In this document: positions 43,549 to 55,300 of the stretch, piece by piece
How the letters are laid out: the number at the start of each line of letters is the position of its first letter
How positions within the stretch are numbered: position 1 is the first letter of the stretch
Assembly: GCA_002269645.1 (NCBI GenBank)
Contig: NIVC01001298.1
Span: 124,001 to 188,000 of the forward strand
Direction: 5' to 3'
Source: Macrostomum lignano
Lineage: Eukaryota
Length of the DNA: 64,000 nucleotides
The notes under the pieces: generated by a model
Told to the model about the DNA's origin: nothing
Database searches by the model: none
What the model saw: only the letters and a program-made list of their open reading frames with translations
Made by a program: the position numbers and the translations under genes

Positions 43549-46500
43549 CCCACTGGGAAGCAAGCTGTCGAAACGATGTCAGATTTCCACGTCGATTCGA
43601 CGGATGCAAATGTCGCGGTGCAACGACGTTGTTTCGAGGTGGGTGGTACACCTTAATTTCGACGTGGATGCTGCGTCGTTTTGCCTTCGTTCTGCGACGT
43701 CGATTCGACGTTGCTTTAAATTATTCATTACACGTATATGTACACACATGTACAATCGATTTGAATAGTATCATTGCACCTACAAGGAAAATAACGAATG
43801 CAAGACAGAAAGTCCCAGACAGAGTTCATATGCGTGTGCAACATGCACGGCAACAGTTTAAGGAAATCATTGACCACAAGTATAATTGCTAGGACCGTGA
43901 CGAAACAAATATATGAGCATATGTACATTATATGTACATGTATTTGACACTCACACGATCACGCATTGTATTAATTTGCTCAGGTGACATGTAAAAATCA
44001 ACTAAAATATAGTAATAATACTTTACGAGTATAAAATTGAATAGGCATGTAAAGGATCAGCGAGTCCACAAACACCAACAGACTGCTCACGCAACAAATT
44101 GACAATTTGAAGACAATTACATTGTTTTAAGAAAGTCAGAAAGAAATTAAGAAAGTAAAGAAAATATCATTGCCTTATCAATTTCGGCGCAACTGTGATT
44201 ACACACAACAGGCTATGTACAGAATCTACAGATGTGTTTGCGATTCATTCACTGCCAGATACACGCTATGCTACTGCCCATGCAGCTGACTGACAATAAC
44301 ATGATGAGCGAATTAAACTCGAGATGGAGATTACAAATTATTGCAAAACGGAATTCGCAAATAGAACCACATAGTAATCGCTGGCACCACGAGGTATTAA
44401 TATACACTTTCGCTCAGGCTCAACAGAGCTCACTGTGTGCAATGCAAGTTTGTAGGTACCAATGCCCAAAACACCAGATTTGTATGGGTGCTCATAGAGA
44501 TCTTTGCAGAAGTGTAGAATTTTCCCACAACCAAGGATGAATCCATCAGCAAAAGAAACCGAGCTTATTAAAACAACACGACCGTCCTTCGTCACACAGC
44601 AGTTATCGGGAGACTTTGGGGAGTAAAAAGGAAGCACAGCGATAGAGGAATGACAGAAAACGTCGCGAATGATTGACATGGTATTCAGAGTATGTTGAAA
44701 AACTTTTTGGGTGGAGCGAAGACGACGCTTTAGAATACCATTGTAGTTTACCATTGCAAATGCAGACCATTCATCCAAGGGCCCATGAACTTTGACAAAA
44801 TACGCAATATGCTGCAGAAGATGTGTATTATAGGATTGAAACTTGTTTTCATACAGTACTTCGGCACGCTGAAAAAAAGGTCCAAGCAGCTGGTTGCGTG
44901 GTCAAAGTAAGTAGTACAATAGTCACACGAAGAGTAACAGTAAATGGAAAAGTGCAGTTCCATCAGATGGTCAAAAAACGCATTTGAAAGGCATGTACGA
45001 AATATTATTGGAGAGAGATATACAATCAAGGTACTAAATTCAGAGGCCTTGTAGTTTTCAAATTCGTCCAGTGGGCGAAGCTTACGATGAAATTCGCGAG
45101 GAAGGAACTTCGCTACAGCTTTAATAAGCGATGAGACTTGCATTCGTTGGGCAGGAGGAATATGGCACGGCAAACGTACGCCCTTTACATGCGAAAAGAA
45201 ATATGTACACATACGCTTAACAACGCCAAGACAAACAGAGTGCATGTAATCAGGCGGAATGTCGCATTCAAAGTTGACAAGCCCCAGGAGAGGAGAACGA
45301 GAAACCTGATTGTTTTCTCTACATGCCTTATATGCAATGTCAGTCCGTGGCTCACATCTCTGAAACGGGAAACACATCCTTCCGGATAAAAATCTCGCTT
45401 CAATTTTACAGTACGCACAAGCAAGCTTGGCAGAATGAGAAAGCACTGCACTGCATTTGCACTGCAAAAACGATCTTGCAGGAGCATCGGCAACAATCAC
45501 GCAGCGTGTCACTTTAAAAAAACTTATCGCCTATGGCAACAAAACCGCTTGACAGGTCGCTCAGCTCCTGGACGAAGGAGGATAGAAACGCATCGAGAGA
45601 CGGCTTTCCTGTGCCACAAAATACTGCGATAGGGAGAGGAATTTAGTATTGGCAGCCGGTAATAGTGAGCAAAATGGGCCAAAGTCCAAGCTTAGACGCG
45701 TTAAAAAGTGGAACACCATCAACATTGACAGTTATTTGTAAATTATTATACGAATCCTTCAGGGCCAGCATACCTTGCTGCACACAAAAAAAGATGTTCT
45801 CAAATATACCACAATACGCAAATTGGCCGTTGCTTACAGTCGTACGAGCTAGTATTAAAGACAGCCCTGTGTCTGCAATGTTTCCTCAGTGTCTGGACAG
45901 AACGGGGCACCGCATATCCACGCTTTGCCCACATTGCCAGACAGAACTCCATGGCCCTCTTGTTGATCGAAAAGTGGATCATGAAAAACAGTAACTCGAA
46001 AATTAGTTCCGTAGTATCACTTGATGCGTCGCTTGGGGACACTTCTTCCTCGCTCCCAGAGTCATCGTCACTTTCAGGAGGAGACTCGCTTTGGGAATTT
46101 CCTTGCTCCCAATCACGTTCCTGCCAATCGTCATCAGCATCATCAGAATCTTCTTCAGCTGGCGCCACGTGCTCAATGGACTCCTGCCCTGTGACCTCTT
46201 GCAGGCCTTCAGAATCACGAAGTAGCTGCATCATGGTGCGGCGAGCCATCCGGTTTGTCTTCTGTGCAGACGCCATCGTCACAAGGTCAGTAGCTGTAAT
46301 AAATCAGATAAAACAATCAGATATGAATCACTTTTACAAGACCGTTAAATGAGACTAACTGTTGAAGTACAATAGCAATTATCAATGAATTAATGCCACC
46401 AAAAATGTAGCTAAACTCCTACCCATACACAACTTTAGGTATAACGCTATGGGACTTGGCAAGTGGAGGAAGTTGATTAATAATAAAACTAATTACTTAC

Positions 46501-47601
46501 TGTACTGTATGGTCAAAAAAGAGTGAACACAAGTCAAAAGCTTCCAAATTCCAAGGGTATCACTTGATAGTGAACCACAATGAGGATGCGCTGGAAGACA
46601 CTCATTTTACTAAAGCAGGTCATTTGAGAAACTCAACAAACACAAAAATTGTGTTATTTGCATATTATATTTAGGCCTACAAATGCTAGACCAATTAGTT
46701 ATCTTAACAATAACAAATACAAAGAATACAAAGACAGATACAAAGAATTAAATAATTATGTGAGGCTGCCAGTGTCAGGTCCAATGCAATGAACATGCAC
46801 AACCAATACCATAGCCCATAGGCCCTATTATATAATTGCTATTCTTTCTATCCAGTAAGCAGATTAGCTATTATATTAGGCCTAGCCTATTTATTAAGGT
46901 TATCAGATGTGGTTTTCAATCCAAACTGAGCATGCTTCACTTGACCATGTTTAAAAACCATCAGTATTCTAAGCATTGCTAGTATTCATGGATCTCATAG
47001 AAGTGACTTGATAAGTTGACATACAGTAATGAATCTATCTAGAATATAACACTTTATTATAATATATATACAAATAAACAATTTATTCTATTCTACCTAT
47101 TCTAAGATCAGGAAGTATACAATAACAATACGATTTATCTTCTAGTGGCAATAACAAGGCAATAGAAAAATTAATGAATAGCTCTTTGCCTCTTTAGGAC
47201 TAACAGGGCACCATGTAGCTATCTAGAATGTCGATAAAGGGATAATTTTTTAATTTGTTTTTCCACAGTTTATATTGTTCAGATCTCCCAAAATGATAAA
47301 TGTTAAACTAAACAAATAGTCAAATGACTCGCGCAAACACAATAGCAAACGATATTCAATCCTCATGAACATTTTTCTATTAATTTAACCACATAAATAT
47401 CCTGATACCGAGCTCAAACTACTGCACTTAAAATTACAAAAATGTCTCTAAATTCATTTCTACACCTCCATTGAACACAGGAACCATTTTTATTATGTCT
47501 TTTATCTCTCCTGTCTTAGCAATCTTAGCAATTGCCCACTGGTAAGGTATCCACTGTTTCGACGTCGAATCGACAGTGTCATGGCGAATCCATGTCGTGG
47601 G
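43549..47601 (-). mobile_element. EnSpm/CACTA (CMC)-type transposon, boundaries approximate
   Basis: CCCAC.../...GTGGG ends; inverted GTCGATTCGACGT subterminal motifs (~43590-43715 vs ~47560-47575); transposase inside; TSD not recovered. Confidence 0.65.
44338..46282 (-). pseudogene. EnSpm/CACTA-like transposase with several stops and frameshifts
   Basis: VNVDGVPLF, LWPIL, VADAPARSF, CAYC, DYMHSVCLGVVKR, PREFHRKLR, YKASEF, YNTHLLQHI, GPLDEWSAF. Confidence 0.9.
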
Positions 47602-48300
47602 AGCAAATCGAGTTGTAAGATTGACTGTGCAGTCGTATACAGTATTGTACGTTCCAGGAGCATACGTTTAGTGATAAAAGTATTTATTAGCTACATTACA
47701 TGCACGTAAGACACACATTGGCTCTTACTTTTCAATATGGAGTAGTTCTTATGAAATCACAAGCCACCTTCAGAGTCTGCTCTTGAGTTCTCTCAAGGGT
47801 TGACGGAAATTAGTTACAGCGGTTATCTACATGTACGCTCGTACATACATGGCTTCTGTAGCACTGTCTCAGGAGCCCGCGGGACGCTGTACATTAATTG
47901 CATCGGCTTCGTCAGGCCGAATCCCCCCTTACATGTATGCGCTTCATATGCAATACCCCGCAACTAAATTACATGTACTTGCCGAAGTTGTCATACTGCA
48001 ATTTATGCTTAAAACCCTTCTTCCCTCTATAGTCACCTGACCTGAACAGTCCGACTTCTGTTTCTCACATCTGTGTCCAACTTGGACTAAATTACTTTAC
48101 TAATTAATTGCATGTGCATCGCATTGGCCATGCAGAGACAGAGGGGACTATAGTGCAGGGGGTTCTTACGCTGACGAGCCTATGAGGTAGCTACATGTAC
48201 TGTTACATTGCTAAATAAGATTGTTATTCTCGCCTTCAACATGCTTAACAAGCCTCTCGCAGCGCTGATAATAGACTAAATGTAGAAACTATAGATGGTA

Positions 48301-48405
48301 GAAAAAAGCTACCCACCAGCATTCTCCCAGACCATCTGGCGCCAGCTCTAACACTGAGTGAGGCGCAGGTGACTACCAGAAACGCCTAGGGTTGAGCAAT
48401 GATTT
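48301..48405 (+). repeat. Dispersed repeat, copy 2 (copy 1 at 2755-2860)
   Basis: Direct similarity to 2755-2860. Confidence 0.7.
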
Positions 48406-49922
48406 ACATACGAGCTGTACAGTATGAAACCAAAAGTAGCAAATACTATAATGAATGAATATAATGATAATGTATACTTGTTCAATTTAAAACCTGGTTT
48501 TTGAAAAAAAATTCTCCGCTATTTTTGAAAAGTCATATACATGTACACCGTACTAGGACATAAAGTGCGTAACTGTAGTAAGCCATGTAGTATTCTACAT
48601 GGTGCGACTTTGGTTGCTGTCCGTCAGTCAACGTGTACTATGCATCGACACTTAGTGCAAGCGGCCTGTGCGATAAAAAAGTAACTTTAAAATAACTTTT
48701 TAAATAAGAATCAATATTTTAGGGTGCAGAATAGGGAGGGAGCTAAATATGTGGTAGGGTTTGGTTTGGGGCGGGAGCTGGATATGGGTGGGGTTATTGT
48801 AGTGCTTTGTATTGTAGTGGGAAAATTAAGTGTAGCGATTTAAATAAATGACGCGTAAGGCGGTGGTTCTTTGTGTTCAGTTTTGTTTAAAAGTTTTGTA
48901 TAGAAAAGTCAGGCTTGAAGAAATGCAATGCCGGGTGCTTTTATTTATACCCAATTTCGGGAATATTCGGGAAGCGTGTTCGCAGGAGTTTAAATTGCCT
49001 AATTTAGAATGTTGTTAAATGTTTACGCGCCACAGAAACTTCTAGAAAGGTGGATACGATAAAAGAATAGAAATACAATAGAAAGTTAAATTAGCTTTTT
49101 AAATGCTATTACTTGAATGAATCCAAAGCAAATTAATGAATTTCCTACTTTTTGGGACTTAACGAAAGTCCCAATAACAATATAGTGAGAGCGTACAAAA
49201 ATGCGAAAATGAAATAAAAACAATTGTCCTTCTCGTCTAAGCTAATAAAAGGTGCAAATCAGTCAATTATCAATAAATATACTTCGTGTGCCAGTTTTAC
49301 CAAATCGGCGCCTTGTATACTTTACGTAGATATGGCGCGTTGGTACTTAAGATAGCGTGAACTGTTCATATACAAGCAGAATTCACACGGGAATGCAATA
49401 GAAGTTTTGTAAACGGTTCTCGCGAAAAATATAAAAATCGTGTTTAAGACATCGATCCTTCACAAGGCCCTATTTGAGGGGTTGAGCCAATCAAGGTACG
49501 ATTCCTAAGGAAAATAATCCTAGCAGAAGAGGAATCTGCGGTAAGCTACCTAATACGAGCTACGCTCATTTATTTGAGTCAAGTATGTTAGCCTTCTATT
49601 GTGCTAGGCATGCACTGTTGTTATTGAGCAGACCGGACGCGTTCTTGGGTGTGTATCCTGAGAAGTATTAACAAGGTAGATCTAGTGTTACGGGATTAGA
49701 ATACACTGTAGACTAAGATATTTCACTTGTGCGTTCCGGGGTTCGCGTCCTTTCCTATACGCAGTGCAGTGCCGAAGTAGTCTGTTTCTCCGTATAGATT
49801 TTGACATACCGGTAACATGTTCGTGTCTGGCATATCGATTACCGATCGGAATTGAAAAAGGAACTACAAAATAATAAAACTAGTCAAGGAGCCACTGGCG
49901 AAGCAGCGTCGCTGGTAGGCAG

Positions 49923-50745
49923 TGTCACGTTATTTGATGTTGGCCGTGACCCTTAAAAGGGCCGTTTTAGTCCCAAAATAAGTTGAAGTCAACGTAGGCG
50001 AAGTGGATGGTGTAGCGGAGCACTTGGCGATAAAGGCAGGAACTGCCGTAGTTGTCTTTATTGTTAATATCAGTATTAAGTTTGGTTGTTACTGGCAATA
50101 AACAGACTATAGCTTTCTGGGCACTGGCGGCTGCAACAATGGGTTGAATATAATTTGGATATGAAGTCAAGTGGCAGGCGAATGACACAATGGCGATGTG
50201 ACGTGAGCAGTGGCTATGAGCACCGTGAAGGCAGTGAAACGTAGTGGCGAGTTTGGCGTCGGTCGTGGCGTGAGACAGTCAAGTAAGCGTGTGAGCAGGC
50301 TGGCCCAGGCAGAGGGGCCGTGGTGAGAAATAAGGAGGCTCGAGGCAGCCAGACAAGAACAGAAAAACACACACAAGGCCAAGGACAGGCCGGGAGGAAG
50401 AGAGAAGCACAGATAAGGACGGGAGTGAGGAGTGCCCGCCGCCAGGCGGGGGTTTAATAAAGGAGCGCAGAGGAGGGGTAGCGCGAAGCGCGAGTGGTTT
50501 TCATTGGCTGGCGAGAGAACTTAAAATTATCGATCGTGCCAATTTTATACGGTCGCGAGAGAGGGTAGCAAAATACACAGTGAGTTAGAAATTGCCACAA
50601 AATCGTTGGGCATTACTACAAGTAAACGTCGCAATAAACGAATGGAAAAGTTTAGTTGAAACGGTGAAACTGAAGGGTTGAATGACTATGGAGAACAGCA
50701 GTCCAACGGCCCTTTTCGGGACCACCTTAAACTGACAACGTCACA
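49923..50745 (-). repeat. 3' LTR
   Basis: TGTCACG...CGTCACA; PPT GGAAGGGAGGCGGG (minus) at 50746-50759. Confidence 0.95.
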
Positions 50746-51229
50746 CCCGCCTCCCTTCCGAAAAAGGATAGGGTCGCGCAAAAAGAAAACCAACACGCGG
50801 GGTGACGGCAAGAAAAACACAACGTGACCGCAGCGTATGAAATTATAGCAGAGCGAGCTACAGGGAGCTTGAGTAGTATGTAGGAGTATATGATTACCGG
50901 ACAAAATTACAAAGTTCCAAAGGCTACAGACTATTACGAGAGCAGAATATTACAGGGCAGTAGAACGCGGTGAGCACGAGCAATACAACATGGTGGTGTT
51001 ACAAAAACAGAACAAAATATGACAGTGGTTACGGGAAGTAGTGCACGACGGGGCGCGCGGCGCGCGCGAACACAAAAACGACAAAGGACGCGCAGAAGTG
51101 ATACGATGGATGAGGCAAACACAGAACAATGGTGACAGATGGATGAGGCAAAGGATGCAGAGCAGAGGCACGGCACAGAGACACAGTCCGGACAACTGCG
51201 GGCAACGACGACAAGCGTCAAGGGCGGCG

Positions 51230-51690
51230 GGACACGGCGCGGCGCGCCAAGGCGGGAGGAAACCGGCGCAGGAGCGCCCAAGGCGGAAGACGCGGCGCAG
51301 CGCGCCAAGGCAGGAGACGGCGCAGGAGCGCCCAAGGCAGGAGACGCGGCGCGGCGCGCCAAGGCAGAAAACGGCGCAGCGCGCCAAGGCAAAGACGGCG
51401 CAGCGCGCCCAAGGCGGAGACGGCGCAGCGCGCCAAGGCGGGAGACGGCGCAGCGCGCCAGGCGGAGAACGGCGCAGCGCGCCAGGCGGAGAACGGCGCA
51501 GCGCGCCAAGGCAGAGAACGGCGCGGCGCGCCAGGCAGAAGACGGCGCCACGCGCCAAGGCAGAGGATGGCGCCACGCGCCAAAGGCAGAGGATGGCGCT
51601 ACGCGCCAAAGGCAGAGGATGGCGCTACGCGCCAAAGGCAGAGGATGGCGCCACGCGCCAAAGGCAGAGGATGGCGCTACGCGCCAAAGG
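51230..51690. repeat. GC-rich 20-27-bp degenerate tandem repeat (GGCGCAGCGCGCCAAGGCAGAGA-like)
   Basis: About 20 copies; partial second array at ~55110-55300. Confidence 0.9.
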
Positions 51691-52420
51691 CAGAGAGAGC
51701 GTGCGTGCGGTGTGTGTGTGTGTGTAGTGCTTACTTTTACCCCACAAATATTATCTCTAATAGTTATACCATGAAATTTGCGAAATTTAATGATAAACTG
51801 CAGCTGATTTTTGAAGTAAACGACGCTGACCTGATCAGCCAGCTGCGCAGCGTTACGCTGCACTCGTCAATGGGCTGAGCAGCGAACTAAGCTAGCTATA
51901 TCCCTATATACATTTTTTCCAGTAGTTTTCAATGGTTGTTTTTTCAATTTTTATTTTCTTTTTGAGTTATTTATGAGCTTTATTCGTCGCCAGTAGTTAT
52001 GCTTTAATTACCAACCGTCTATTGTACATTCCATGGCTTTAGGGTATTAACGTCAGAGATGACGCACTTATTCATTTCATCGACTTTGGCAACACCGAAC
52101 GGGTGCCATTGCTATCAATTATTTTAATCATTTTTGTCCTTGCTATGCTATACTATTACTGCTATATCATGCTATTACTATTTACTTAGGCTTACAGGGG
52201 CATACGCGCCCTAGTGTATTGTATAGACTACGGCAATGACGATGCAGGCGGAGAACTACTGCAATATATTTTTGACAACTTTTATATTTATAATATTCAT
52301 GTCATAATTATATTTCGACCATAAAGTGCTTTATGAATTAATTTTTAGTTTACTTTACTTTTGAATTAACTAGTTTGGCTTTTGGCTTGTGTTTGTGGTC
52401 TGTGGCTGGCAAATGCCGCA

Positions 52421-52720
52421 GTGACCTGTGGCCGGCAGGTGCCACAGGAGGTAGTTTTACGCCTTGCCCGGGGCGTGAGCTTGCGGTCTACAGGTGCCGC
52501 GGTGACCTGTGGCCGGCAGGTGCCACAGGAGGTAGTTTTACGCCTTGCCCGGGGCGTGAGCTTGCGGTCTACAGGTGCCGCGGTGACCTGTGGCCGGCAG
52601 GTGCCACAGGAGGTAGTTTTACGCCTTGCCCGGGGCGTGAGCTTGCGGTCTACAGGTGCCGCGGTGACCTGTGGCCGGCAGGTGCCACAGGAGGTAGTTT
52701 TACGCCTTGCCCGGGGCGTG
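52421..52720. repeat. 81-bp tandem repeat x ~3.7
   Basis: Units start at 52421, 52502, 52583, 52664; in frame as TPRARRKTTSCGTCRPQVTAAPVDRKL on the minus strand. Confidence 0.95.
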
Positions 52721-53424
52721 GGCAAACTAATGCTTGCCACCCTACAGCTGGAGCAGGCCGGACACCTGGCACGCCCGGTACCTAACGGGTGGGCAGATGG
52801 GGCGCCCATAGCTGGGTCTGGGTTCAGTGGCTGGGGCTGGTGGATTAACTGCCTGTGCGGCGACTGGGTCCGCCACAGGCTCGGGAGGCGCCATGCCGAA
52901 GTCTTCCCCGTTGCCGGACATTGTGCGAGATGAAGCTCAGGCAGGAGCCCGAGTGAGGCGAACGGGGCAACCACGAGTGAGAGTAAGGTTCCAGAAAGAA
53001 CGAATTGGGGTTGATGACGCGAGAGAGACGAGAGAGATTGCGTCCTACTAACAAAAATACGTGCCTGACAGGGGCAAACCACAAAAAGCCTAGTATAGGG
53101 GAGAGTCCTATCACGCAAACCACCCAGACTAACTGTCAGGCAATAGTCCCTACAAACAATCAGCGCACAGCGTAACCTGGCGTGGCTTGGCACACACATA
53201 CAGCGGAGCTATCTTGGCAGAGCGTAAGCTCGAGCTCAACGCAGTTGACAGCGCGCGTTGCTCAGGGCGACGACCAGCGACGACCCGCGGCGACGAGCAA
53301 AGACCAGCCGGGCAGTCAGGACCCCTGGGCCTGACGTGGCACAGGCTCTTGCAGCCTTGCGGACCGAACCTCAGGCGTGGCACAGGCTCTCGCAGCCTTG
53401 CGGACCGAACCTCAGGCGTGGCAC

Positions 53425-53795
53425 AGGCAGGCAGGTGCTCAGTCACGAGCCGGCAGAGCTGAGCAGAAGTCTCGCTGGTGGCTTGTGCTTGGTTGCAAAC
53501 TGGCAGGACTGAGACGAAGTCTTGATGGCGCTGATTACGAGCTGGCAGGGCTGAGTAGGCGTCTCGGTGGTGCTTAGTTTCGAACGTGTTGATGTTGAGC
53601 AGAATCTCAGTGGCGCTTAGTTGCGAACCGGCAGTGCTGAGCTTAGTCTTGGTGGTGCTTAGTTTCGAACGTGTTGATGTTGAGCAGAATCTCAGTGGCG
53701 CTTAGTTGCGAACCGGCAGTGCTGAGCTTGGTCTCGGTGGCACTGATTTAGTTGCGAGCCGGCAGTGCTGAGCAGGAGTCTCGGTGGGACCTCCA
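53425..53795 (-). repeat. Array of ~43-bp units (85-bp dimers) each carrying TCTC(G/A)GTGG, ending in the true PBS
   Basis: GTCT(C/T)GGTGG at 53561, 53646, 53731, 53778 with ATCTCAGTGG half-way between; more degenerate units upstream. Confidence 0.85.
53779..53795 (-). promoter_or_regulatory. Primer-binding site complementary to tRNA-Gln 3' end
   Basis: Plus strand TCTCGGTGGGACCTCCA equals the 3' 17 nt of metazoan tRNA-Gln including CCA; 6 nt from the LTR. Confidence 0.9.
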
Positions 53796-53801
53796 AAATT
53801 A

Positions 53802-54624
53802 TGTCACGTTATTTGATGTTGGCCGTGACCCTTAAAAGGGCCGTTTTAGTCCCAAAATAAGTTGAAGTCAACGTAGGCGAAGTGGATGGTGTAGCGGAGC
53901 ACTTGGCGATAAAGGCAGGAACTGCCGTAGTTGTCTTTATTGTTAATATCAGTATTAAGTTTGGTTGTTACTGGCAATAAACAGACTATAGCTTTCTGGG
54001 CACTGGCGGCTGCAACAATGGGTTGAATATAATTTGGATATGAAGTCAAGTGGCAGGCGAATGACTCAATGGCGATGTGACGTGAGCAGTGGCTATGAGC
54101 ACCGTGAAGGCAGTGAAACGTAGTGGCGAGTTTGGCGTCGGTCGTGGCGTGAGACAGTCAAGTAAGTGTGTGAGCAGGCTGGCCCAGGCAGAGGGGCCGT
54201 GGTGAGAAATAAGGAGGCTCGAGGCAGCCAGACAAGAACAGAAAAACACACACAAGGCCAAGGACAGGCCGGGAGGAAGAGAGAAGCACAGATAAGGACG
54301 GGAGTGAGGAGTGCCCGCCGCCAGGCGGGGGTTTAATAAAGGAGCGCAGAGGAGGGGTAGCGCGAAGCACGAGTGGTTTTCATTGGCTGGCGAGAGAACT
54401 TAAAATTATCGATCGTGCCAATTTTATACGGTCGCGAGAGAGGGTAGCAAAATACACAGTGAGTTAGAAATTGCCACAAAATCGTTGGGCATTACTACAA
54501 GTAAACGTCGCAATAAACGAATGGAAAAGTTTAGTTGAAACGGTGAAACTGAAGGGTTGAATGACTATGGAGAACAGCAGTCCAACGGCCCTTTTCGGGA
54601 CCACCTTAAACTGACAACGTCACA
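53802..54624 (-). repeat. Shared (5'/3') LTR
   Basis: Has a PBS on one side and a PPT (54625-54638) on the other. Confidence 0.95.
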
Positions 54625-55300
54625 CCCGCCTCCCTTCCGAAAAAAGATAGGGTCGCGCAAAAAGAAAACCAACACGCGGGGTGACGGCAAGAAAAACACA
54701 ACGTGACCGCAGCGTATGAAATTATAGCAGAGCGAGCTACAGGGAGCTTGAGTAGTATGTAGGAGTATATGATTACCGGACAAAATTACAAAGTTCCAAA
54801 GGCTACAGACTATTACGGGAGCAGAATATTACAGGGCAGTAGAACGCGGTGAGCACGAGCAATACAACATGGTGGTGTTACAAAAACAGAACAAAATATG
54901 ACAGTGGTTACGGGAAGTAGTGCACGACGGGGCGCGCGGCGCGCGCGAACACAAAAACGACAAAGGACGCGCAGAAGTGATACGATGGATGAGGCAAACA
55001 CAGAACAATGGTGACAGATGGATGAGGCAAAGGATGCAGAGCAGAGGCACGGCACAGAGACACAGTCCGGACAACTGCGGGCAACGACGACAAGCGTCAA
55101 GGGCGGCGGGACACGGCGCGGCGCGCCAAGGCGGGAGGAAACCGGCGCAGGAGCGCCCAAGGCGGAAGACGCGGCGCAGCGCGCCAAGGCAGGAGACGGC
55201 GCAGGAGCGCCCAAGGCAGGAGACGCGGCGCGGCGCGCCAAGGCAGAAAACGGCGCAGCGCGCCAAGGCAAAGACGGCGCAGCGCGCCCAAGGCGGAGAC

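Larger units (their letters stand above)
49923..55300 (-). mobile_element. Non-autonomous LTR retroelement in tandem: partial internal - LTR - internal - LTR
   Basis: Two 823-bp LTRs in which I see only 3 differences; tRNA-Gln PBS; PPTs next to both LTRs; 54625-55300 repeats ~50746-51420; no gag/pol motifs recognised. Confidence 0.92.

Noticed and set aside
50934-51878. Many long overlapping ORFs on both strands (also 54813-55392)
   Set aside because: Produced by a GC-rich, stop-poor tandem repeat; all frames are open and low-complexity
53779-53795. tRNA genes at the tRNA-Gln and tRNA-Leu (14864-14876) matches
   Set aside because: Only the 3' 13-17 nt including CCA match, adjacent to LTRs; these are primer-binding sites
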